DNA of 64,000 nucleotides from Hyphomonas sp. GTDB lineage: Bacteria > Pseudomonadota > Alphaproteobacteria > Caulobacterales > Hyphomonadaceae. A program made the position numbers and the translations under genes. Below are positions 28,561 through 38,234 of this stretch, piece by piece (within the stretch, counting starts at the first letter, position 1; each line of letters begins with the position of its first letter). The notes beneath the pieces are model-generated. The model searched no databases and was not told where the DNA came from. It saw nothing but the letters and a program-made list of their open reading frames with translations. The stretch lies in NCBI GenBank assembly GCA_035437295.1, contig DAOMXX010000001.1, forward strand, positions 695 to 64,694, given 5' to 3'.

Positions 28561-30540
28561 ATGCAAGATATTCGTATTGACGGTGCGCGGTTTCGTGATC
28601 GCTCGAGGCGCCAGATTCTTCTCCGCGGCGTCAATCTTGGAGGAGATTGCAAGGTGCCTGCCGTGCCGGATGGGCGAACATTTCTGACTACGGATTTTGC
28701 TGACCATAGAAGAGTGAGTTTTGTTGGCCGGCCATTCTCCTTGGATGCAGCAGGCAATCACTTTCGACGTCTCAAGCATTGGGGTTTCAACTGCGTTCGA
28801 CTTCTGACGACGTGGGAAGCTGTAGAGCATGCGGGACCCGGGCAATACGATTCAGAGTATCTCGAGTATCTGACCCGGATTTGCGAAATCGCGGGTGAAT
28901 ACGGAATCCAGGTTTTCATCGACTTTCATCAGGATGTCTGGAGCCGGATGTCGGGGGGGGATGGTGCGCCGGGCTGGACGTTTGAAGCAGCTGGCCTTGA
29001 TTTCAGTCTGTTCGACAAGGCGGACGCGGCTCTCGTGATGCAGTATCGCTATGATCAGCAACTTGGTGGCCGGCAGGCCAGCTATCCTGTCATGAGCTGG
29101 GGCGGAAACTATAGCATGCCCGCCAATGCGCTGATGTGGACGTTCTTCTGGGCGGGGGGCGCTCTGGCCCCGGACCACCATTGGCAAGGCCGCAATATTC
29201 AGGACGTTTTGCAGGATTGCTACCTGGGGGCCATGGCCGCTGTTGCCCGATCAGTTGCGCACCTTGGGAATGTCATTGGTTTCGATACGTTAAATGAGCC
29301 TGGCCCGGGCCTCGTTGGCAAACACCTGACGACACCGATGCGTCATGTCCGGAGCGCGGTATGGACACCGCTGGATACTTTGGCGGCGGCATCGGGTTTC
29401 TCGCGCGTTCTGCCGATCATGAGGGCCGGACAGAAAACGGGTGATTTCATCGCAAACAAGGCCAGGGTCTCGATCTGGCGTGACGGCGTCGAAGACCCGT
29501 TCCGAAGCCTTGGTGTTTGGGATGTGAATGACTTCGGTGAGCCTGTCGCACTTAATCCAGATTATTTCCGTTCAGGAGACACGCGGCAGTTTTCGCTTGA
29601 ACGGGATTTTGTCCTTCCGTTCTTTCACAGGGTCGCTTCAACAATTCGGAACATTCGGCCGGATTGGCTGCTCTTTGCCGAAATCTCGCCTCATACAGTC
29701 GGTGCCTACCGTGAATATCCCGGCGCGCTTCCGGAGAACTCAGTCAACGCACTTCACTGGTATGACTACACCGCTCTCGTCACCAAGTCGTTTGATCCGG
29801 ACCGGATGGTGGATGTCACCAACGGCGAAGTTCGGGATGGGAAGGCGTCCATTCTGGCCCACTACCGCAAGCAGCTTCTTCATATCCGGCGCTACGGTGA
29901 TGACATTCCTGGCGGCGCACCAACACTGATTGGCGAATGCGGTATCCCTTTCGATCTGCATGAAGGTGAGGCTTATCGCAGATACTCTGAAGGTGAGACA
30001 CAGGATGCAATCTGGTCGGCACATATCCGGGCACTCCAATACATGTACGATACTTTTGACGCGTTGCTCCTGAACTCAACCCAGTGGAACTACACGGCGT
30101 CAAACAGAAACGATCCGATGATCGGAGATGGCTGGAATCAGGAAGATCTGTCGATCTTCAGTGAAGATCAGTGTACGGATCCGCAGGACCCCGGCAGTGG
30201 AGGGCGCGCAATTCCGGGATTCTGCCGACCTTATGTCCAGGCAGCGCAGGGCAACATCGACTGCTTGAAGTACGATTTGGATACCTGTGTGTTTGAATGC
30301 GCCATCGATGTTGATCCAACGATCGCAAAACCCACGGAAATCTATGTCCCAAAGAGACAGTTCGGGGATACGCCGCGTGTCGAATTGGAATCGGGCACCG
30401 CTTCGCACCTATGGGACGGTCAAATCCTGAAAATCACGGGCTTGCAGCCCGGTTTATTGAAAATTGTGGTCCGCTCGGAAACGGGCCGATGTGCTTTGAA
30501 CGAGCAGATACGTGCCACGCCGAGCTTTGGCAATTCTTAG
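28561..30540 (+). CDS. GH5 glycosidase, endoglycoceramidase-related (EGCrP/steryl-beta-glucosidase-like)
   Basis: RGVNLGG, DFHQDVWSR.SGGDGAP.WT, NEP acid/base, IGECG nucleophile, GDGWNQEDLS; no signal peptide. Confidence 0.85.
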   Translation: MQDIRIDGARFRDRSRRQILLRGVNLGGDCKVPAVPDGRTFLTTDFADHRRVSFVGRPFSLDAAGNHFRRLKHWGFNCVRLLTTWEAVEHAGPGQYDSEYLEYLTRICEIAGEYGIQVFIDFHQDVWSRMSGGDGAPGWTFEAAGLDFSLFDKADAALVMQYRYDQQLGGRQASYPVMSWGGNYSMPANALMWTFFWAGGALAPDHHWQGRNIQDVLQDCYLGAMAAVARSVAHLGNVIGFDTLNEPGPGLVGKHLTTPMRHVRSAVWTPLDTLAAASGFSRVLPIMRAGQKTGDFIANKARVSIWRDGVEDPFRSLGVWDVNDFGEPVALNPDYFRSGDTRQFSLERDFVLPFFHRVASTIRNIRPDWLLFAEISPHTVGAYREYPGALPENSVNALHWYDYTALVTKSFDPDRMVDVTNGEVRDGKASILAHYRKQLLHIRRYGDDIPGGAPTLIGECGIPFDLHEGEAYRRYSEGETQDAIWSAHIRALQYMYDTFDALLLNSTQWNYTASNRNDPMIGDGWNQEDLSIFSEDQCTDPQDPGSGGRAIPGFCRPYVQAAQGNIDCLKYDLDTCVFECAIDVDPTIAKPTEIYVPKRQFGDTPRVELESGTASHLWDGQILKITGLQPGLLKIVVRSETGRCALNEQIRATPSFGNS

Positions 30541-30553
30541 GGTGGTGAGTTCC

Positions 30554-32170
30554 ATGAACAAGATCGTTTCCAGCGTGTTGCCAGCCCTGACGCTTTTGCT
30601 GATCGCCAGCTGCGGATCCGTGCTTTCGGACCAATCTGATGCAGGCAAGGAGTCAATTGTTGTGCACCCAGTAACGGAGGTCGACGCTGCCTTGAAAGCT
30701 GCTTCAGGTACCACCACGTCTGGACCAGTTGTCGGGTTTGAAGAGGCTGGCATCCAGATTTTCAAGGGCATACCCTATGCAGCGCCGCCTGTTGGCGCGC
30801 TCCGCTGGAAACCGCCGGAACAGGTGGCCGCGTGGACGGAGCCGCGTGCTGCGCAAACTTTCGGCTTTGATTGTCTGCAAAACCGTCCGGGCTGGGATAA
30901 ATCCCAGTCGAACATGGCCATGAGTGAGGATTGCCTCTTCTTGAATGTCTGGACGCCCGTAAGTGAGGGAGAGCCTAAGGCATTGCCGGTGATGGTCTTC
31001 GTTCACGGCGGTGGGTTCGTTATAGGCTCAGGCAGTCAATCCGTCTTTGACGGAGGCGCGCTTGCCAAGAGAGGGGTTGTTGTCGTCACTTTCAACTACC
31101 GTGTCGGCAGATTCGGCTTCTTCGCGCATCCTGAGTTGACGGCAGAGGCGGCGGGAAAGGCCACCGGTAACTTTGCGCTCATGGATCAACTTGCGGCGCT
31201 GAAGTGGGTACAGGAAAACATAGGTTCATTTGGCGGCGACAGCACAAACGTGACCGTATTTGGAGAATCTGCGGGCGGCGGATCAATCGCCAGTCTGATG
31301 ATCGCAGAGGAATCCGAGGGACTGTTTCACAAAGCGATCATTCAGTCTGGTAGCGGCCGGATAAAATGGGCTCCCATGAAATCGCAGGGAAAGGACAATG
31401 GTGCTGAATCCACAGGAGTGGCCTTTGCGGCGAAGCAGAAAATCAATCCGCCAGCACTCGCAACCCTTCGGAAGCTCAGCGCTGATGAGATATTGGGCGA
31501 AGTGAGTTTCTCAAAGCTCAAGAGCAAAATCTACTCTGGTCCAATGATAGATGGAGTGCTGGTAGACCAGAATTTTGTAGACGCGTTTGTCGAAGGGCGT
31601 CAGCACAAGATTCCGCTGTTGATTGGTTTCAATAGCGGAGAGCTAAGTCATCTCGGCGCGGTTCCAAAGTTCGTGATCGGAAGGTCAATAAAGAAAGGTT
31701 TGAAGCCTCATATCCCGGAGATACGAGCAGCATATGGGTCGGGCAAAGAGATGAGCCGGAACCTGATCAACGACTGGGGTTTTTCTGAGCCTGCCTGGAC
31801 CATGGCGAAAGCGCATACGGAGGCCGGCGCAACCGCGTTTCTCTACGAATTCGATTATGTGCCGACGTCTTTGAGAAACAAGTATGCAGCAGCGCCACAT
31901 GCATCAGAGCTTCCGTTCGTCTTTGACACTTTGGACAAGTATCTTGACGAACCTTCTGCGCAGGATCAGGAGGTCGCCCGGCGAATGACGGATGCTTGGG
32001 TCCAGTTTGCTAGAACGGGTAGTCCTGTGACCGCTGACCTGCCTGAATGGCAACCGCAGGATTCGGCTTCCTCGTCCCTTATGAGGATAACTCAGTGGGG
32101 GGGCGAACTCGCTTCGGTTCGAAATCTTGAAGCCATCAAGGCATTGTCGCAAGCAGCCGATGCTAAGTGA
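30554..32170 (+). CDS. Type B carboxylesterase (lipoprotein)
   Basis: IASC lipobox, SEDCLFLNVW, HGGG, GESAG, HASE. Confidence 0.92.
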   Translation: MNKIVSSVLPALTLLLIASCGSVLSDQSDAGKESIVVHPVTEVDAALKAASGTTTSGPVVGFEEAGIQIFKGIPYAAPPVGALRWKPPEQVAAWTEPRAAQTFGFDCLQNRPGWDKSQSNMAMSEDCLFLNVWTPVSEGEPKALPVMVFVHGGGFVIGSGSQSVFDGGALAKRGVVVVTFNYRVGRFGFFAHPELTAEAAGKATGNFALMDQLAALKWVQENIGSFGGDSTNVTVFGESAGGGSIASLMIAEESEGLFHKAIIQSGSGRIKWAPMKSQGKDNGAESTGVAFAAKQKINPPALATLRKLSADEILGEVSFSKLKSKIYSGPMIDGVLVDQNFVDAFVEGRQHKIPLLIGFNSGELSHLGAVPKFVIGRSIKKGLKPHIPEIRAAYGSGKEMSRNLINDWGFSEPAWTMAKAHTEAGATAFLYEFDYVPTSLRNKYAAAPHASELPFVFDTLDKYLDEPSAQDQEVARRMTDAWVQFARTGSPVTADLPEWQPQDSASSSLMRITQWGGELASVRNLEAIKALSQAADAK

Positions 32171-32206
32171 GCGCCTTAGAATCTTACGCAAAGGACTGTA
32201 GAGAAA

Positions 32207-33151
32207 ATGGCTGAGCTCGATCCTTTTCTGAAGAAGATGCTGGATGCAGCGGCCGCTTTGCCGCCGCACTACAACATGACCCCACAACAAGCACGCGAGA
32301 ACATTCGTAAGCGGATTGCGGGGCTTCCTCCCAATTGCTCTCCAGTTGGTAAAGTTGATGATTTGTCGATTGCTGCGGCTGGGCGAGACATTGCCTGCAG
32401 GCTCTATCTCCCCCGGGAGTGTGACGGAAAGGTTCCGCTCGTAGTCTTCCTGCATGGAGGAGGATGGTGTGTCTGTGATATAGAGACCCATGATGGGCAA
32501 TGTCGCCGGATCTGCTTTGAGTCCAAAGCCGCAGTTTTTTCGGTCGGATACAGCCTTGCGCCAGAACATCCGTTCCCTGCCGCTTTTGATGAATGCACCG
32601 AGATTGCCGTGTGGAGCCGTAAGGGCCTGGCAGCATTCGGAGTTGACGGAGACCGAATGGCGCTGTGCGGAGACAGTGCTGGAGGAAATCTTGCCGCTGC
32701 TGTTGCCTTGAAACTGCGGGGGACTAGTGCAAACCATGTCCGCGCTCAGGCTTTGCTTTATCCCGCTCTGCTGCCTTTGGGCATGACGACCGAGTCCCGA
32801 GAGTTGTTCGGCAAAGGCTATGGCTTGGATCTCGATCAAATTGGGAAATACTGGTCCGCTTATGCTCCCGCTTGCCCTGACGTTCATGATACACCAGTGT
32901 ACTGCGCCCCAGGTCTTGCGCCAGATGTATCAGATTTGCCGGCGACCTATATTCTCACGGCTGAGTACGATCCCTTGAGGGATGAAGGCGAAGCGTTCGG
33001 GCAAAGGCTTGCCGCCTCCGGAGTGGCGGCAACGGTTCGTCGAGCGCTTGGCGTGAATCATGGCTTTCTCGCTTTCGAAACAGTTCTGGCCGAAGCCGAT
33101 GCCAGCATGATCGAGTTAGGGCGCTGGCTAAGCTCGCAACTGTCAAGCTAA
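32207..33151 (+). CDS. Family IV (HSL-like) esterase
   Basis: HGGG, GDSAG, DPLRDE, HGF. Confidence 0.92.
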   Translation: MAELDPFLKKMLDAAAALPPHYNMTPQQARENIRKRIAGLPPNCSPVGKVDDLSIAAAGRDIACRLYLPRECDGKVPLVVFLHGGGWCVCDIETHDGQCRRICFESKAAVFSVGYSLAPEHPFPAAFDECTEIAVWSRKGLAAFGVDGDRMALCGDSAGGNLAAAVALKLRGTSANHVRAQALLYPALLPLGMTTESRELFGKGYGLDLDQIGKYWSAYAPACPDVHDTPVYCAPGLAPDVSDLPATYILTAEYDPLRDEGEAFGQRLAASGVAATVRRALGVNHGFLAFETVLAEADASMIELGRWLSSQLSS

Positions 33152-33155
33152 GCAG

Positions 33156-34679
33156 TCAAGGAAGCAGCAAGGGCTTGCGAAGTCCAAGTCGTTCGAATTG
33201 GCTCAAGGGCGCTTCAAGCCCGTCCAGGATTCGGGCGAGGCGATTGTTCCATTCTGTGCTTTGTCCAGACGCAAGAAGGTTGTTGTCTTCGCTTGGATCC
33301 GATCGGGTATCGTACAGGTGATCGCCGGAAAACTTAGTCCACGCCCAGAACGGTTTCGGATCACCGGCTTCGAACACCTGGTGGATGACCGGCACATCTG
33401 AGCCAGGCATGCGGTCAAGGAACGCGCGATGATCAGGGAGCGGGAGGGCAATTTCCTTTTCGAGCACATGTGTCGGCATTGTTGACCAGCGATTGGACAG
33501 CATTGATAGCGGCGCGTTGTCTCCAGGAGGAGCTTTAACGAACTTGAAGTCCTCTGTGATGAGGCAGACTTCTCTGCCCCATACGCCTGTCAGGACTTCA
33601 TCACGAATGCTCTTGGTTTGACCTGTCAACAAAGGCAAAAGTGAGTGACCATGAGTTCTCTGGCGTAGAGACACTTCGAAGAGATCTGCAATTGTTGCGA
33701 ATACATCGACATTGGTTGTCAGCGCGTTGATCGAGGATGCAGCCGCGCCAGGATAGCTTATCATGAGCGGAATATGGCTGATGGGATTATAGGTTGGGAC
33801 CCCAGGCTTTCCCCAAATATCCTTCTCGCCCAGATAGTGACCATGATCAGTACAGAGAATAACGAGTGTATCGTCCCAGAGCTGCGTCTCGTCCAGTGCA
33901 TCAAGGATTTTTCCGAACCAGTGATCAATCATGCTGAGCTTTGAGCCGTAAGCGCGCCGGATCTGTTCGCCTTGGCTCGCCGTGATGATTCCTTTTGCGA
34001 TTGCTCCCTGCATATAGGGCGGCCAAACCAGCCGTTCGCCGCTCCAGTCTGGGTTGTACATGTTCTCCCAGGGAGCCGGTGTGTCGAACGGTTCATGCGG
34101 ATCAAATTCGTCAACGAAGAGAAAGAACGGCCGATCGAGATCTGAATGTTCCATCAGCCAGTTTGCCGCTGCAGACATGGTTCGAGGGCCGGGGAAATCG
34201 GCTTCTGTCAAGAAATGCCGCCGAGACTTGTCGTAAGGCATATGGCCCCTGCCAAAGTGCGGGGCGCCTGCCCACGAAGGATCGTCTTTCAGTTTCCAGG
34301 CATCGGTTTCGTGTCCGCGTTCATAGCTCCATGCTTCAAAGTCGCAGTGATAGTTCTCGCCGCCTATTTCAAAGAGATGTGGGTGGTCCGAAATCAACTG
34401 CGTAGCGATGCCGGCTTTGCCCAATACAGCGCTCAGGTTGTCTTCCCAGATCTCGACACTTCCCCAGCATTTCCAGAGAAAATCGAGAGACCCGCAGAGA
34501 AGGTCATGGCGCGCCGGCATGCAGGGCAGTGAACCCGTATAGTGTCTGTCAAAGCGCGTTGCGCGCGCAGCGAACCGGTCGATTTGGGGAGTCCTGAACT
34601 CGGAGCCTCCATAACATCCCAGCATATGCCTGTTGAGGCTGTCCAGGAGGATGACGATCGCGTTCTTGGGGCGCTGCAT
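33156..34679 (-). CDS. Formylglycine-dependent (Cys-type) sulfatase
   Basis: LLDS, CMPAR (CxPxR), DPHEP, DHG; no signal peptide. Confidence 0.9.
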   Translation of the reverse strand: MQRPKNAIVILLDSLNRHMLGCYGGSEFRTPQIDRFAARATRFDRHYTGSLPCMPARHDLLCGSLDFLWKCWGSVEIWEDNLSAVLGKAGIATQLISDHPHLFEIGGENYHCDFEAWSYERGHETDAWKLKDDPSWAGAPHFGRGHMPYDKSRRHFLTEADFPGPRTMSAAANWLMEHSDLDRPFFLFVDEFDPHEPFDTPAPWENMYNPDWSGERLVWPPYMQGAIAKGIITASQGEQIRRAYGSKLSMIDHWFGKILDALDETQLWDDTLVILCTDHGHYLGEKDIWGKPGVPTYNPISHIPLMISYPGAAASSINALTTNVDVFATIADLFEVSLRQRTHGHSLLPLLTGQTKSIRDEVLTGVWGREVCLITEDFKFVKAPPGDNAPLSMLSNRWSTMPTHVLEKEIALPLPDHRAFLDRMPGSDVPVIHQVFEAGDPKPFWAWTKFSGDHLYDTRSDPSEDNNLLASGQSTEWNNRLARILDGLEAPLSQFERLGLRKPLLLP

Positions 34680-34755
34680 ATTCTGGCTTTCGCTAGTGGC
34701 TGGTGGGTACCTCGGACGAAACAGTACTCATGTGCCGCCAAACTGCAATTGTCAG

Positions 34756-34769
34756 TATCCGAGTGGAGA
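34756..34769. promoter_or_regulatory. Fifth operator copy, upstream of the sulfatase
   Basis: TATCCGAGTGGAGA, 1 mismatch from the 23810 copy. Confidence 0.55.
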
Positions 34770-34851
34770 GCAAAAATAGTTACCCACTCAACGTGAGCCA
34801 CGCAGAGCCAGAATTCGTGGCGCGTTTTTGAATAATTGAATTCGAGCAAGA

Positions 34852-34880
34852 GAGAGCGCCTCTGGAGGAGAGGCGCTCTC
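34852..34880 (-). terminator. Hairpin/terminator after the TBDR
   Basis: GAGAGCGCCTCT-GGAGG-AGAGGCGCTCTC perfect 12-bp stem; weak U-tract. Confidence 0.7.
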
Positions 34881-34896
34881 GTGCTTTCCGAATTCT

Positions 34897-37264
34897 TTAG
34901 CGAGACAGGCTGATGCGCAGGAACGCGCCGCGGCCGGCTCCGGGTAGGCGCTCACCCACTGGGGCGTCTCCGAAACCGTTCCGGTTGTAACCGGCCAGAT
35001 GATCCTGATAGACTTCGTCCAGCAGGTTCTCGACGCCGGCCGAGAAGCGAACACCCTCGCTGACGCTCCATTCGCCATAGGCGCTGAGCAAGGCATAGCC
35101 GTCTGTTGCCTCTTCGCTATTGGTCACCGATACATCATCCTGATCGGCCACCGCGCGGACCTCCAGCGTGGCCGACCAGACATTCGCCTCCCAGGTCAGC
35201 CCGAGCGTCAGATTGGGCGGCGCGACGCGATAGAGATTGTCGTCAATGTCCCGGCGCTCGCCGCGCACAAAGCTGAACACGCCGTCAAGGCGCAAGGGGC
35301 CTTCAAAATCGTATCCGGCGTCGAGGTCGAGACCATAGAGACGCGCGTCCACGTTGTCCCAGCGCAGCGGTGTCGGATCGCCGCTCATGGTTGCGACCAT
35401 CTCGACGGGCGTGTCGGCGACACCAGGTGTGGTGTCGAAGGGAACACCCTGAATGTAGTCATCTAGCTGACGTACAAAGACGGTCGGCCGCAGGTATGCT
35501 TTTGCGCTGGAATAATCGAAGCCTGCCTCGGCAATCCAGGCTATTTCCGGATCAAGCGCCAGATCCCCGACATAGATGTTACCGTCTGCGAGGCCGCCGC
35601 TGGCATTGATCGGCAGCCAGCCATAGCGCTGGATATAACCGGGCATCTGCTGCTTGCGTGCAAGCGTTGCGCGCCAGGAGAGGCCGTTGCGCTCCGTTGT
35701 CCAAAAGCGGGCGACTGCGTCCACAGACGTATCGTCTCCCGACCTGTCGGCGCCATTGAACGCTGCCGCGAGATTGCGGGGCCCCATGGGTAGCGCCGGG
35801 CCAGTGGATGCCTCGCCCGCATCATAGGCGTTCCTGTCGATCCTCAGACCCAGTTGCGCGTTGAGCTGGCCGGTCTCGCCCGACCATTCTGCGAAACCAC
35901 CGAGGCGCTCCATTTCAACATCGGGAAAGGGTGTAACGAAGAAGCCTGAATTGTTCGGATTGGTGATGGTGATGTCATGGTCTACCTGTTCCCCGTCCAG
36001 CCCCGTCTTCAGGTTTCCGCCAAACGCCGAAAAGCTCAGAGACAGCTCGCCGCCGCGCGTCGTCGCATAGGCAAAGGTGTCGCGTTGCATGGCTGGCATC
36101 GGCGCGGGACGGAGCGAGAAATTATCCATCAGGTGGGCGACATCCGTATAGTGAAGGCTGGCGTTCAGGCGGATGTCACCAATGTCCCGGGCATAGCCCA
36201 GCCTCGCAAAATCGGTGTCGAAGTATTGTATATCCATCGGGAAAGGCGGGTTTCCGGACGGACCTGTGTTCTGGCGGCGCAGATCGATTGTGAACTCTCC
36301 GAGGCTCGTCCGGGCGCCCGCAGAGAGACCGTAAACCCCGCGCTCGAAGGCGGTGCCGCCAATGACCCCGTCCCCAAATTCCGTGTCGCTGCCTTCTTCC
36401 CACGCTGCGAGGAGGTTGGCACGCCAGACATCGCTTGCCACACCGGCTACGCCGCCTGCGGGCATAGCCCAGCCTCGCAAAATCGGTGTCGAAGTATTGT
36501 ATATCCATCGGGAAAGGCGGGTTTCCGGACGGACCTGTGTTCTGGCGGCGCAGATCGATTGTGAACTCTCCGAGGCTCGTCCGGGCGCCCGCAGAGAGAC
36601 CGTAAACCCCGCGCTCGAAGGCGGTGCCGCCAATGACCCCGTCCCCAAATTCCGTGTCGCTGCCTTCTTCCCACGCTGCGAGGAGGTTGGCACGCCAGAC
36701 ATCGCTTGCCACACCGGCTACGCCGCCTGCGGAGATGCTTTTATTCACGCTGCGGCCACCGGCTGTCATATCATAGCCAAACCTCAGATCATTGCTTGGC
36801 GCATAATCCACACGTTTGAAGATGGCGTCGGCGCCGCCAGCCAGACCCGGCCCTGCCGATACCGGGCTCACGCCACGATCGATCACAATCGCGGCGACAA
36901 GCGGGGCCGGCGCATAATGGAAAACCGGGTCCATCAGATTGGGCCCACCAGAGGCAAAGCGCTGGCCATCAACGCGCAGGTTGAGGCGCTCACCGAACAG
37001 CCCGCGATATTGCATCTGCCCGGAGAGCTCACCATTGCCGATCCGCGCGCCCCCTGGCGTGCGGGCGGTCAGATAGGTGATGTCGCCGCCCTGCAGGGGG
37101 GCGGCTTCCGGGGTTACCGAGGTTTCCGTCGCTGTATTGATCCGTGTCCCGGTAACTATGATGACGTCCTGCAGGGCAGGAGGGGCCTCTTGTGCGAGGG
37201 CTGGCGCGCCAAGGGCAATGAGCGCCGCGCCGGGCAGGAGGCGGCAGGGAAATTTCGAGTACAT
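34897..37264 (-). pseudogene. TonB-dependent receptor (probably copper-related) frameshifted by an internal tandem duplication
   Basis: Signal peptide, IIVTGTR, GGPNLMDP plug, HLMDNFSLR; removing 271 bp gives an intact 2097-bp, 698-aa ORF. Confidence 0.85.
36188..36732. repeat. 271-bp tandem direct duplication
   Basis: 36188-36461 recurs at 36459-36732 (identical as far as read by eye); CGG microhomology at the junction. Confidence 0.95.
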
Positions 37265-37273
37265 GTTTTTGGT

Positions 37274-37363
37274 CTCACAAACTGAAGGCTGGGCACACGC
37301 CTGGGCGCGGCTGGAGGCAGTTCCTCGCCGGAACTGCGGGCAATGCTGCTTCAGAGAGGTGAG
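37274..37363 (-). promoter_or_regulatory. Predicted RBS-sequestering mRNA hairpin between DUF2946 and TBDR
   Basis: mRNA CUCAC..CUGAAG (last codons of DUF2946) pairs with CUUCAG..GUGAG before the TBDR ATG; inner stem GCAGUUCC/GGAACUGC. Confidence 0.6.
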
Positions 37364-37749
37364 GGCGGGCCGCGCGAGCCGAGCGGCGGTCCCTGCGCCT
37401 TGCGGATGAGGCCAGTCTGGAACCGGACAAAAATATGCTCGCGGGGATGAAATACCGGTGCGTCAACCGTAACCGCCTTCGGCAGGGGCGCGCCGTGGGC
37501 GAGCGTGCACATCGGGCAATGGTCGCCTGAGTGGGACTCCTCGGCAGGCGTCTCGCCCAGGAGCCTTGCAATCTTTTCTGCAGCAGCGCGGGACTGCAGG
37601 GAAAGATCGCCGGACGGGGCGCAAATGTAGCGTGAAAAGTCGATATCGCCTGGCTGGGCGATTGCCGCAGTCCCTGGCAGGAGTGCCTGCAGGGCAATCA
37701 AAACCACCGCGATGAAGCGGGTTAAATGCTGACCGGGCACACACATCAT
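37351..37749 (-). CDS. DUF2946 (CruR/CutF-like) copper-responsive leader protein
   Basis: Signal-like N-terminus, IC, HCPMC...H, C-terminal RGPP; directly upstream of the TBDR. Confidence 0.82.
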   Translation of the reverse strand: MMCVPGQHLTRFIAVVLIALQALLPGTAAIAQPGDIDFSRYICAPSGDLSLQSRAAAEKIARLLGETPAEESHSGDHCPMCTLAHGAPLPKAVTVDAPVFHPREHIFVRFQTGLIRKAQGPPLGSRGPPSPL

Positions 37750-37896
37750 CCGCGTGGTGCTATCCAATGTGCTTCGATAGCGCATCTGCTTGAGTTGTCG
37801 CAGGCGCGAACTGAGGCAATGCAAACGGCCCCTTGCTTCGCAAGGTTGGGCCATTTCGTCTTCTGCGGGCTGATGCGCAATGAGCCGATTTCAATG

Positions 37897-37926
37897 GGAT
37901 ACAAAATGGATACACAGTGGGATACA
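37897..37926. repeat. Three GGATACA direct repeats (integrase arm-site-like)
   Basis: Copies at 37897, 37908 and 37920 in AT-rich DNA ~65 bp from the tRNA fragment. Confidence 0.7.
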
Positions 37927-37989
37927 TTTAGAAATTCGCGGCGCTTTAGAGCATTGTAATAACAGATAATTATAGGCAGATTTGACGCA

Positions 37990-38003
37990 CGTCACTCGCG
38001 CCA
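37990..38003 (+). mobile_element. tRNA-Asp 3'-end fragment, probable att site of an integrated element
   Basis: CGTCACTCGCGCCA matches the recalled 3' end of alphaproteobacterial tRNA-Asp(GTC); followed by IR CAAGGCAGT/ACTGCCTTG (38019-38045). Confidence 0.65.
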
Positions 38004-38234
38004 TAAATTGAATGAATACAAGGCAGTATATCGTTAACTGCCTTGATGTCAAATGACTTGAGCAGGCCCGCTCCCTCATCTGCGATATCGTTTGCCACCT
38101 CAGTGCTTTCCGGTCGAGCGACGCTAACGGAATCACTGAGCACAAGCCTTTAATAGCGGCGAGACGTTATTAAAGGTTCGGACGCTCTCGGATTTCCAAG
38201 GGCGCGGTTTTGCAGGTGCTTTGCGACAGGGTAT

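Noticed and set aside
34897-36714. Independent 605-aa TBDR
   Set aside because: Its N-terminus is out-of-frame sequence from the duplication; it lacks a signal peptide and plug
36188-36732. CRISPR array or MITE
   Set aside because: Two adjacent copies of coding sequence with no spacers or terminal IRs
37930-38003. Intact tRNA gene
   Set aside because: Only the last ~14 nt match; upstream sequence cannot form the acceptor, D or anticodon arms
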